The position numbers and the translations under genes are program-made. From Negaprion brevirostris (Eukaryota), in the NCBI GenBank assembly GCA_030324005.1, contig JARDVH010000146.1, forward strand, positions 27,769,699 through 27,833,698: 64,000 bases of DNA. The letters run 5' to 3'. This document shows, piece after piece, positions 1-11,295 of this stretch (position 1 is its first letter; every line of letters starts with the position of its first letter). Under the pieces are notes generated by a model. It did not search any database and was not told the origin of the DNA. It saw nothing but the letters and a program-made list of their open reading frames with translations.

Positions 1-199
1 ACGCTAACCCCAGTCACACACCAATGCAACTTTGAAAGACCAACTGCCAGAGCATAGTTTTGAAGGCACAGAGTAGCTTAACCAATTATCCTTAAAGGGA
101 CCATAAGGTTCTGGGTTCAAGCCCAATTCTAGGACTTCAGCACAAAAATGGAGGCTGACACACCAGTGTAGTCCTGAGAAAGCACTGTGGCATCCCAGG

Positions 200-1111
200 G
201 AGGCTCCCCTATTATCAAGCATTCAGTGCCAGATTGAGGGATCTAATATTAGGAAGAGGGCTCAGCTGAAAGTCAACTCACTGCCCTTGCCTCCGTTGTG
301 CCTCCGCATGACTGCCCCCTCCACCTTTGTTTCCCATCTGCACTCACTTGGCCTCTGGTTTTGGGGCCTCTCGGCAACCTTGGGCCTCTGGGGGGTGCAA
401 ATGCCACTATTCCGCTGGTTCCTTGGCGGTTCAGAGTGGGTGGGGCTTGCTTCCTTCGAATCCTGAATCCTGGGGGAAGCCCGACGGTGGTCACTCGACA
501 TAATCAGGCTTCCCTCATTGAACTGATGGATTTCTGCACAGGTTCTGACTGGTGAATGAGACTATAGGAGAGCCAGCTACACCCCACCATTGACTATACT
601 TTGGAAAGTGATTCCATGGCTGTAGAACACTTTGACACATCAGCTGGTTGTGAGAAACAATAAATAACAATGTGTCTGCTTTTTCTTCCTCATTTGGAAG
701 GCTGCTCTTTTAACAATAAAGACCACACTTACCTGTAACCATTTCCTACCCAGCTGTGTCTGTCTTTGTTGAGGAGGGTGCACCTCATTCCCCAAGAATG
801 GTGTGTGCATCTGTCGACATCACCTTACACAAGGTGTATGACTCATCCCGTGGGTGCCAGGCACCATTCTTGAGAGTGAACTCATTTTCTAACAATTTCA
901 CTGATGTTGTTTGCCCCTCATTTTTAGTCTCACACCGAATGAGCAGATGGAACTTTAAGATGCCCAGAAAGATATGCCCCCACCACCCCTCCCCAAGCTC
1001 TGTGAAACAGACTGGCTTTCCAGCATCCATACGGTAATGAGGGAAGAGTACAAATCTACAGTAGTCCCTCTCTGTGCATGGCTGGAGTGAAGAGCCTGCA
1101 ATGAGGCCCAA
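200..1111 (-). pseudogene. Decayed intron-containing gene, probably a Harbinger-associated Myb/SANT-like gene
   Basis: The 108-aa ORF 785-1111 continues through two stops to a phase-1 donor CAG|GTAAGT at 733/732. Predicted introns are 644-732 and 266-347, both ending CAG|CTGA. Motifs VLFP..RAW (frameshifted) and ..HTILGE resemble Myb/SANT-like proteins. Confidence 0.4.
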
Positions 1112-1301
1112 AGGGATTGGACAATTTAATGTTTAAAATAAAAGGGACCACATCAAAAAGTCTCCAAGAATAATTTAAAACTGTACGTATATCTTGATCA
1201 CTCAATGACCAAACACAGAAAGAGATACCAATAAACATAATACCATTTGTTGAATTTTCAAGTATTCTTTTTTACACTTTTCCAACAAACCAACAAAGAT
1301 A

Positions 1302-1638
1302 ATGGTCACAGTGGTTAGCACTACAGCCTCTCAGCTCCACCGTCCCGGGTTCAATTGCAGCCTCTGGTGACTGTCCATGTGGAGTCTGCACATTCTCCCC
1401 GTGTCTGTGTGAGTTTTCTCTGGGTGCTCCAGTTTCCTCCCACAGTCCAAAGAAGGTTACATGGATTGGCCATGTTAAATTGTCAGTTAGTGTCCCAAGA
1501 TGTGTCGGTTAGGTGGATTAGCGACGGGTAAATGTGTAGCGTTCTGGTGATGGGCCTGGGTAAGTTATTCTCTCAGGGAGTCGGTGCGGACTTGATGAGT
1601 AGAATGGCCTTTGCTGCACTGTAGGGATTCTATGATTC
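1302..1638 (+). mobile_element. HE1/V-SINE-like SINE, CR1-type tail (tail A)
   Basis: tRNA head CAGTGGTTAGCAC..GGTTCAATT, V-domain TTCTCCCCGTGTCTG..TTTCCTCCCACAGTCCAAAG, tail GAATGGCCT..GGGATTCTATGA. Confidence 0.9.
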
Positions 1639-1803
1639 AGTGAATTCTCCAGCTGTTCACACTCCGCAAGGGCACTCAGCCAAACCCACAGCAGGAAGGC
1701 CAGAAATCCCCGCCCGAGATCAACCGACCTTTACATGGTCCGCCAAATTTTCTGTTCCCCTGCTACGATTCGCACAGCGAGCGGGACAGAAAGTCTTCAG
1801 CCA
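1639..1803. mobile_element. Short MITE-like element (Harbinger-type)
   Basis: Imperfect inverted ends (GTGAATTCTCC..GAAAGTCTTCAGCC). Core GAAATCCCCGCCCGAGATCAAC is shared with copies at about 15350, 21235 and 50972. Confidence 0.6.
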
Positions 1804-2698
1804 TAAGTTTTACCACATATTTCCATGCATTTTGATTATTCAAAGTACTCTTGAAATCAGTCGATTATTTTTCTATTTTGAGCAATGAGTTGAATGATTT
1901 TTTTTAAAAAAAGGTACTAATGTAATTAATTTCTCTCTCAACCTGAATTTCACGAAAATTCTACAGAACATTGCAAAAACTGAAAGTGGGTCAATGCTTC
2001 TTCAAGACTGGTTGAGAAGGGAGTGTAAAATCATTCTTTCTCATCTTCATGTTTTTAAACTTAAAAAAAAATCTCAATGAAGGCGGGCAGGTGCAAATGA
2101 CAAGAGGGTCATGGACTGGAAGCAGCCCTGAGTCTGTCTGGAAGGTGTGTCACCTGGATTCCCCCATTCCAAAGCATCACCATTCAATGTTTCCCATCAC
2201 GAAAGGTTACTGCTGGATTGATATGAAGCGCTGTGCGGAGGTGAAATACTCGTGTGTGGCATGTCTATAATTCAAAAGAGCTATTCAGACTTATTCCTCT
2301 TAGATTGTTTCTGATCTCAAAATAACATTTCCGTGTGAGCAAATTGCCCGTTGATGTAAGGTAAATGATAATGTGAATTAAGGAATTCAGGAGCGGCCCT
2401 TTGTTAAATAATATAATCCTAGATTGCAATGAACCATTTTCCCCAACAATTGATTGCTGGTGCATATTGAATTTACAATTAGCAAACTTTCAGTTCCATT
2501 TATTACCCTGCCAGGGTTTAGACAAAAAAGTCCATACTAATAGAGGAACATGGCACATTTAATGACATTTTAATTACTTCATGCATAGATCTAAGGTAAA
2601 ATTTGAAAGTTTACTGAATTTATGTCCAATAGGTCTTTTTGGACTGCTAAGGTGCAAAGGTTCACACTCGGTTTTCCGGACTTGCTCTGTTTCTGCAG

Positions 2699-2819
2699 GA
2701 AGAGGAGAAAGAGACGGATTTATAGAGAATTGAGGAAACAGGAGGAAGAGGAATGTTTCATGTGGTATTTCGTTCCAACTTTGGGGACCCTGGTGTCACT
2801 TCTGGAGCTACACGGGGAG
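2699..2819 (+). CDS. Candidate isolated exon (121 bp), product unknown
   Basis: Pyrimidine-rich acceptor TTGCTCTGTTTCTGCAG and strong donor GAG|GTAAGG. One frame is open throughout: KRRKRRIYRELRKQEEEECFMWYFVPTLGTLVSLLELHGE. No partner exon was found. Confidence 0.3.
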
Positions 2820-3769
2820 GTAAGGGATTCACTTCCCAAATCTGAAGCTATAACATCGCAGAGGTGACTGAGACACGCGGTTGTCAATAATGGGTACCTG
2901 AGCTCCCAAGTAGACCACTAGGTGGTGTATCTCACATCAGGACATTGATAGAAGATAAACTGACTCTGTTGGTCTCTCCGAACTACCTTCAGGCCTTCCA
3001 GTAGCCAATCACGGAGTGATATTAATATAATTAATAATGTACGCTCACTAATGTGAGCGTGTCATGTTCAACACTTAGGTCTGACACTGCTTACAAACTG
3101 AAATGAATTCTTATTAGAATGTGTCAGTGTTACAACATCATCCTTTAGCTATGCTCCCAACATCCCTGCTTGAATTTTACATGTTTTTGGTATAATTTAA
3201 AAGTTGTTAGCAAATGCTCTTTAATATTTAAAAAGGTGCTCTTGAGACTTAAATCAAAGTATTCAAACTATAACCAGAATTAGAAATGATGAGGTTCACG
3301 CAAGTACTCACTTTTACAACAGTTACACTTACGGCCAAGTCTTTGAAACTATTCCAAAATCATGTCTGAATATAAGACAAAAATGAACAAAGGCTATGAA
3401 ACCCATCCAGATTGGGCGACAATCTTCACCTCTTAGCTCAACAGTTCTGTTGTGAAACTTCCATCTTTGTTTTCGTTTCCTTTCAAATCCGTTATTAAAA
3501 TGTTTCATGTCCCCTATCTCCTCACTTCCTCAAATTTTAACTATTGCAAAACAGCTGCCTGTATTTCCCCCACTCTATTACCTCTGTCTGCACTGGGCAA
3601 CACTGTCTCCTTCGCCATCAACAGATCAAATTTAAACCCCTCATTGTCCTGCTAAAATTCCTCCACGGATTTTGCCTCACGTTGTGTTTGCAATCTCTTC
3701 CAAATTGTGTACCCCATCTTACACACTTGGATCCTCGGACTGTGATTTATTGCATGTTTGATCAACTCA

Positions 3770-3855
3770 AAGGAGTTGAGGTTGGCATAGATCCGCTATG
3801 GTCGTGTTGAATGGCGGGGCGGGCTTGAAGTGGCCTACTCTTGCTTGTATTTCGA
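3770..3855 (+). mobile_element. CR1 LINE 3' end fragment
   Basis: GGAGTTGAGG..AGATCCGCTATG..TTGAATGGCGGGGCGGGCTTGAAG..GGCCTACTC, similar to the CR1 end at 28660-28755. Confidence 0.7.
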
Positions 3856-4221
3856 ATGTGTGTTCCTTTCCTTTGCTACCACCATTGANNNNNNNNNNNN
3901 NNNNNNNNNNNNNNNNNNNNNNNNNNNNNNNNNNNNNNNNNNNNNNNNNNNNNNNNNNNNNNNNNNNNNNNNNNNNNNNNNNNNNNNNATAATTGACAGG
4001 ATGTTTCCTTGACCATGTTTGGTGCCTGGCACAGTGTACAGTATGAGTCTACAAACATGATTCTGCAGGCTCTTTCTTGGTTAATCTGTAAGACAGCTCT
4101 TCCAATTTTGGCACAAGTCTCGGATGTTGGAGGGTTGATAGAGCTGAGTTTACCATTTGTTTCCAGTTCATTCCAGATGGTCTGTCAGGTTCTATTGATA
4201 CTTTTTAGCTATTTGATACAA

Positions 4222-4460
4222 CGGAGGGGCCATTTCAGAGAGTGGTTAAGAGTCAACTACATTGCTGTGTGTCAGGAATCACTTGTAGGCCAGGCCAGAT
4301 GAGGATAGCACATCTCCTTCCCTAAAGGGCATTGGGTTTTTATGACAATTGACAAATTCCACCATCTGCCAAGTGGGATTTGAACCCAGGTCCCCAAAGC
4401 ATTACCCTGGTATCTAAATTAGTAATCCAGCAACAAAACCATTACACCACCATCTCCCCT
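4222..4460 (-). mobile_element. Second tRNA-headed SINE family (partial)
   Basis: Homologous to 14395-14765 and 56973-57321; B-box (GGATTTGAACC on +). Confidence 0.75.
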
Positions 4461-4532
4461 CTTACAGATTTCATGAAACGTGTTCCCTTTTTCACTTTTT
4501 CAACTGCCTTTGTCAGTTTCACGTGGTAATTG

Positions 4533-4850
4533 AGCAGCACAGTGGCACACTGGTTAGCACAGCAGCCTCACAGTGCCAGGTACCTGGGTTCAATTTCGGT
4601 CTCAGGGGGCTGTGTGAAGTTTGTACATTCGCCGCGTGTCTGCATGGTGTCCTCCAGGTGCTCCAGTTTCCTTCCACAGTCCAAAGGTGTGCAGGTTAGG
4701 TTGACTGATAAATTGCCTCTTGTGTTAGGGGGATTAGTGGGATAAACATGTGGCATTGCAGGGATGGGACCAAGGTGGGATTGTGGTCAATGCAGGCTCT
4801 ATGGGCCAGGCGGCCTCTCCTTCTGCACTGTAGATTCCATGATTCTATGA
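4533..4850 (+). mobile_element. HE1/V-SINE-like SINE, tail A
   Basis: Head, V-domain and GATTCTATGA tail as in 1302-1638. Confidence 0.9.
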
Positions 4851-5746
4851 ATTTATAATATTCATGAAAAATTACTCAGTATCGCAACACTCAATATTGA
4901 AAGGTTGCACGCTTTAGGAAAGCAGCAACAGACATGGGGGAATCTCTGTGGGCAATGGCTGACTTTCCAATAGTTATTTGATCTTTTCTTTACCAAACAG
5001 GTTTTCAGTTTCAGTATAACCAGTCGTAACTGACTGTAATGATGTTGCACCAGAGAAACTATGTGGTTTTGCATCAAGTACTTGAATCCCTGGGCACGCT
5101 GTATTTTAATGTTTCCTGTCTGTTTTGTAATAGCAAAATCCAAACCTAGTAAAAGATTAATTGGGTGAAGAGAACACGTACAAGACATGTGGATTAGAAG
5201 ACTGTAGTAACTTTCGGATCTTTTCTACAGAACGCAAGTACTTTGAACTTTTTTAAAATTCCAGTATTTAACTGTAACCTGCCTGTCATATACAGGCAAA
5301 CTAAAATGCTTCAAAGGCTGAGCCAGGAGACTGACTAACTATTAATACAGCCAAAATCATTTTGAAACAAATGAGGGGGAAAAAATGGTGTAACTCCTTG
5401 GTTTGGGGGTGGGTGATTGTATTGTGCCATTTATGAAAATGACTAGCGCTCTCCCACAGCAGTGGAAACTTGTTCTTTCTCCATTACCAAGCCATTTTGC
5501 AGTGGTGTTAATTCAAGAGAAAAAGGAAAAATAAATCCTTTTATGTTTTTTACTTAATGCAGATGTTAAATTTGTCTGGCTTTCTTAGAAATGCATTTTT
5601 GACTCACCACCTAAATTTGAGTAAAGGGTACAGGCCCACCAGGATTTTGGTGCATTGTCAGTAATACCATTTCCACATATATGTTGGTAATGATAATTGA
5701 CGTAATGAAACAGGCTAGTAATTGAAATAGTGCTGCTTAAGTAAGA

Positions 5747-6035
5747 GGCGGCATAGTGACATAGTAGTTAGCACTGCTGCCTCACGGTGCCAGGGTCCTG
5801 GGTTCAATTCCCGGCTTGGGTCACTGTCTGTGCAGAGTCAGCACATTCTCCCCGTGTCTGCGTGGGTTTTCTCCGGGTGCTCCGGTTTCCTCCCAGAGCC
5901 CGAAAGTGTAGTGGCCATGCTAAACGCTCCCTCGGTGTACACAAATAGGCGCTGGAGTGTGGTGACTAGGGGGTTTTCATAGTAACTTAATTGCAGTGTT
6001 AATGTAAGCCTGTTGTGACATTAATCAATAAACTT
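5747..6035 (+). mobile_element. V-SINE with alternative tail (tail B)
   Basis: Same head and V-domain; tail ..GTAACTTAATTGCAGTGTTAATGTAAGCC..GTGACA..AATAAACTT. Confidence 0.9.
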
Positions 6036-6224
6036 AAAATTCGATTTGTGAAGAACCCTGGGATATGTTTATGTTGAAGATGTAATAAATGCCAGTTTTC
6101 CTTAGTAGCCCAACAGCCAAATGGCACATAGGAAAATCCAATAAATTGTAAAAATGAGATGAGATAGATAAATAGTTAATTTGTTTATTGTATTGATGTC
6201 AGCTGTGACAAGAATGTTGACCAA

Positions 6225-6490
6225 TGGTGCCATTTAAGACAGAGATGAGGAGAAATTTATTTACACAGAAGGTTATGAATCTTTGGAATTATTTACCCTA
6301 GAGAGCTGGAGAAACTGAAACAATGAGCGTGTTTAAAGTAGAGATTGATAGATTGCTGATTAACAATAACATGAAGCGTTTTGGGAATATTGTGGGGCTA
6401 AAAGGCATGAATGCGTCCAATCAGCCATGAGTATATTGAATGCGAGAGCAGGCCGATGGGCTGAATGGCCTACTCCTGTTCCTATGATGC
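6225..6490 (+). mobile_element. CR1 LINE 3' end
   Basis: TTTAAGACAGAGATGAGGAGAAATT..GAATCTTTGGAATT..GGGCTGAATGGCCTACTCCTGTTCC. Confidence 0.8.
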
Positions 6491-6499
6491 CAAACCCTG

Positions 6500-6692
6500 A
6501 CGCTCTAAATAGTTCCTCAGGAACATTTAACATCCATCATGAATAGACAGGCAGACAAGGATTCATATCTCATCTGAAAGACAGCACGTGCAACAATATA
6601 TCAGTCTCTTAGTCTCAATTATACGCTAAAGACCCAAGGTGGGGGTTGAACCTGTAACCTTCAGATTCAAGGGTGAGAGAACTGAACCAATC
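6500..6692 (-). mobile_element. Deu-domain SINE (SacSINE1/AmnSINE1-like) relic
   Basis: TCTCATCTGAAAGACAGCAC (Deu core, reverse strand) plus a tRNA-like head (GGGTTGAACC on +). Confidence 0.55.
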
Positions 6693-7265
6693 ACAATAAG
6701 TTAACAGCGGAACCAGTTCAAATTGTAAAACCAGATTTCTTCCCATTCCTAATGTCCGAGCTGATTCCTAAAGGACAAAAGATACCAAATATACTTCTAA
6801 ATTATTAAAAGGGATCTATGAAGTAAGCCCCTAATTACTTGTATTTTGTTTGTTCCCTATGAGAATTTACATTAAAAATTTCTCCAAGTCAAACGCTTGA
6901 TCTGCAAACCTCAGTTTGCTTCCATACCCGGCAATTCTCATTCTAACACCCCTTTTGCAATAAAATGTTTACTTATGCAAAATTGCATCTAACTTGATAT
7001 TTAACTCACGATATGTGTGTTTTAATTATGCATTTACCCTGCAGCAGCATAAACTGCCTTAAGTTTGTTTTTAAGTATTACACTCACTTTAGTTTGTTAG
7101 AAATTAAGGCAGATGGGCTTGCAGGGTGAAGCTTGGAGTTGAAGCGGGGTCCAAGGTTGGAGGTGAGAGCAATGTTCTATCAATGACAATGGAATGCCTG
7201 GATTTGGAGATCAGGAGGATGCTTGAAGTGAGGATGGTGAAAATCGCAGCTGCAAATTGTAATCT

Positions 7266-7560
7266 GATTTGGTTTGATTTGATTTATTATTGTCACGTGT
7301 ATTGGGGTACAGTAAAAGTATTGTTTCTTGTGCACTATACAGGCAAAGCATACCATTCCTAGAGTATGTAGGAGAGAAGGAAAGGAAAGGGTGAGGAATA
7401 AAGTGTTACAGTCATAGCTAGGGCATAGAGAAAGATCAACTTAATCTATGGTAAGTTTATTCAAAAGTCTGATGGCGGCAAGGAAGAAACTGTTCTTAAG
7501 TCGGTTGGTACGTGATCTCAGAATTTTGTAACTTTTTCCTGACGGAAGCAGGTGGAAGAT
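7266..7560 (-). mobile_element. Rex1/Babar-like LINE 3' end
   Basis: Homologous to 16978-17250; ends GTGACAATAATAAATCAAATCAAA on the minus strand. Confidence 0.7.
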
Positions 7561-10500
7561 AGATTATATCAGCTGGTAGATAGCAAGATTTTCATATATA
7601 TTTGTGCTGTATTCTCCTTCTGCGAATATACCAATGAGATGCCTCTTCGTTACAAAATCCTGTGTGGTAACCCATCATTTTTTTCGAACTTCTCATTTCT
7701 ACTAACGAAACGTTAATGAAACTATGGGTTGTTCCGTCAACTGGCAACAACACAGCTCCTAAGTACTACATTGTTAACCCAACTTGTGCATTAGGTTATT
7801 AATACAGGTTCGGGGACCTCTTTAAGACAGGAATTATTGCATAAAAACAGAAGATTATGCATAGTCTGGTCAAACAACTTTCCGTTCTGCACTTGCTTAC
7901 ATAAGAGGTATCAAAGAGTCGCAATTTGTGGTTCACTACCTTAACAGTGCTTCCAAAAGCAATGAAACATTAAAAATTTGACTTTAAAATGTGCTCTTGT
8001 AATATTAGGGACATTTGGAAAGAAACTGAGCTCCTAAAACACTTTCTCTGATCACTAGAGCTCCAAAAGAACTTGGCTGGCAGGGACGCCACTTTTGCAC
8101 GAAAATGCCAGTGAGAGCTACTGGAGTGTGAACATTTGCAATGCATCTTTCTGAGAGCCTTATCACAGCATCTTACTTCAATTATACCAAGATTGGAACA
8201 TGCATTTGTCAATTTGGTGACGGGCAGCAATCNNNNNNNNNNAGATTTCTCTCTGGCAAACCCTGCTCTGGTGACTTATCCCAGGACTGGAAGTAATACA
8301 TCCTGCAAGTGTTAGGTCACCATGACTATGCTTTCAGCTCCTAGCATCTTCAATTGTTGAACGTTGGCCTGTTTTCAGGATGTGCCAGTCGTGCTAATGA
8401 ATCTCCGAATTCCATCTGTGCGATTATTTTACGTCGTGAGCGAGTATTTTTTTAAGTCATCGTTAACCGTTATTTATGATATTTTTCTAGCTGTTAGCAT
8501 AATATCCCAATCGCACCCGACCTGCCATAGCATAACATTGTGCTGCCTTCAATGCTCCAGCAACTCTCCCAGCTGACAGTGTGTAAAGCCTGAATCATCC
8601 CTTCAGTACCCGGAAAGATTGATTAGCCCCCTGAGTTCCAGTGACTGCCTGTGTTTTCAGGCGTAAATGTTGGCCCGCATATCGTCAGTCCCTATTTCAT
8701 GCTGTTACAGTGAGGGCAATAGCTTTGGCAGTCACACCATAGGGGCAGGCTCCGAGTGCCATACACGCAACCATATGTCACAGCAACCAATGAACAAAAA
8801 CAACTGTTATTATTACTGATGAGGAAATTGCTGCTACGAATGTCAGAGTCTCCCTATTAATCTAATTCTTATTCCGTTTTGACTAGCCTCTTCCATTAAG
8901 AATTTAATCATTAGAAAGTTTGTCTACAAAATGATGTTTTTTAAATTTTTAATCAGCATTGATCAAAAATATTAAAGCGGCGCTAAAATAATTTCAACGT
9001 CTAGCTTTGGGTTGGGAAAATTAGATTAAATTAGTTTTCAATTAATTACAATCTCTTACATAATTAATATTGATATCTTGGCCTTCATGCCAGAATCGAT
9101 GCAAGCCAGGAGTGCTACTGGGCTTGTAATATGATCCCAGGGTGGAGCGTTGTAAACAACCTTGGCACAGCTGGTCATATGGGCTCGGATCGAGAAGTTA
9201 TTTATAAGTACATCCTGGCAAACAGTCCCACTGCATAAGCGCCTACCACCCACTGCCAGCCCCCCACCTCTCCCACCCCCACCATGCCAAGTCCATTAGG
9301 CTGCTCTCAAAGATAGTGGAGTCAGTGAGGAAGCACACATGNNNNNNNNNNNNNNNNNNNNNNNNNNNNNNNNNNNNNNNNNNNNNNNNNNNNNNNNNNN
9401 NNNNNNNNNNNNNNNNNNNNNNNNNNNNNNNNNNNNNNNNNNNNNNNNNNNNNNNNNNNNNNNNNNNNNNNNNNNNNNNNNNNNNNNNNNNNNNNNNNNN
9501 NNNNNNNNNNNNNNNNNNNNNNNNNNNNNNNNNNNNNNNNNNNNNNNNNNNNNNNNNNNNNNNNNNNNNNNNNNNNNNNNNNNNNNNNNNNNNNNNNNNN
9601 NNNNNNNNNNNNNNNNNNNNNNNNNNNNNNNNNNNNNNNNNNNNNNNNNNNNNNNNNNNNNNNNNNNNNNNNNNNNNNNNNNNNNNNNNNNNNNNNNNNN
9701 NNNNNNNNNNNNNNNNNNNNNNNNNNNNNNNNNNNNNNNNNNNNNNNNNNNNNNNNNTCAATGTGTTTGTGGGTCCAATTATTTTTTAAAAATGTTTGAA
9801 AAGGACTTTGAAGAGTTTATTTCACTGTGCCATCGTGCTTGTTCAGCCTGTGTATGTGAGTACATGCTAAGTGTACGAGACTGAAAAAATCACAAACTGT
9901 TTCCCTCCCTCTCATCCGTTCAATTTTATCGTGTTAAATTGACTGATTTTCACTTGGAATCGAGAGCAAAGAGCAAAGAAGGCACTCTCGATGTAAAAAA
10001 AAAGTTCTTTCCCCTTTTATATCTCAGCTATATCATTTATCCATAATCTTCTACCTGTTAGGAAAGAAAATCATTATCAATGATAGCACGTTGCACCCCT
10101 GAGCAGACGCAACATTTCTGGTTGAGTAGGAACCTGATTTGTGCTCAGCTGACATCTGCCGTGCACCTCCATTGAACAGCAGAGATCAACATCCCTTTTG
10201 TTCCTGGGTGTCAATCCAAAGATGTCTATTATTAAATAACTTAGTGTGTGTGACAAGTCCTATTTTATTCTCAGAGTTTGGCGACTTCTGGAATAGAACG
10301 TGGTCGCTGTGGTATACTCCTTTAACTCAACAGTTTTAAGAATTTAGATCCTGGTTTTCAAAGACATACAATTGGAATCTGTTTTCAGAGCTCACGTGGT
10401 TAGTCATGTAGTTGTGACAAGCCAGAAATGACAGAGGTTCACGGAGAATATCAAAAAATGTGGAAAATTCCAACTTTTTTGTATTTTAATGGACCATTCA

Positions 10501-10683
10501 TAGAAGAATCATAGAATTGCTACAGTGTAGAAGGAGGCCATTTGGCCCATTGAGTCTGCTCTGACCACAATCCCACCCAGACTCCCACACAATAACCCTT
10601 AATGACACATTGCTGCTTAGTGTACCGAGGATGAGAAAAAGCTATTAGTCTATTACATCATTTTCCTGACCTGCAACTGATAT

Positions 10684-11047
10684 GGGCGGAATGGTAGCAC
10701 AGTGGTTAGCACTGCTGCCTCACAGTGCCAGGGACCCAGGTTCAATTCCAGCCTTGTGTCATTGTCTGTGTGGAGTTTGTATGTTTTCTCGGTGTCTGTG
10801 TGGGTTTCTTCTGGGTGTTCTGGTTTCCTCCCATGCTCCAAAGATGTGCAGCTTTCGTGAATGGTCCACACTAAATTGCCCCTCAGTGTCCCAAAATGTG
10901 TAAGTTAGATGACAAAGCCATGGGAGATGTGTGGGGTTACGGGGATAGAGTGGGGAAAGGCCCAGTGTAAGTTACTCTGTCAGAGAGTCGGTGCAGATAT
11001 GATGGGCTGAATGGCTTCTTCTGCACTATAGAAAATCTATGATTTCT
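10684..11047 (+). mobile_element. HE1/V-SINE-like SINE, tail A
   Basis: Full head, V-domain and tail; an inverted tail fragment lies at about 10505-10600. Confidence 0.9.
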
Positions 11048-11139
11048 GTTGATGCTTAAAAGACCCTCCCTCCAAGGGTAATTAAAAATAAAATGGATAT
11101 ACCACAATGAGCTAGCAGAGAAATGAGTCATTATTATGA

Positions 11140-11295
11140 GGGCGGTACAGTGGTTAGCACTGCTGCCTCACAGCACCAAGGATCTGGGTTTGATTCTGGC
11201 CTCGGGTCAGAGTTTGCACTTTCTCCCCATGTCTGCATTAGTTTCCTCTGGGTGCTCTGGTTTCCTCCCACAGTCTGAAATATGTGCAGGTTAGG
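11140..11295 (+). mobile_element. V-SINE 5' half
   Basis: Head and V-domain, truncated where the Myb-like relic begins. Confidence 0.85.

Noticed and set aside
2760-2819. Assignment to a cadherin-type signal-peptide exon
   Set aside because: Only length and phase are suggestive; no sequence match and no following cadherin exon found.
9243-9884. Long ORFs in the track made of X residues (also near 19200, 32800, 50100, 59100)
   Set aside because: Artefacts of N gaps.
10682-10903. Recurring ORF MVAQWLALLPHSARDPGSIP..
   Set aside because: Translation of the V-SINE head, not a protein family.
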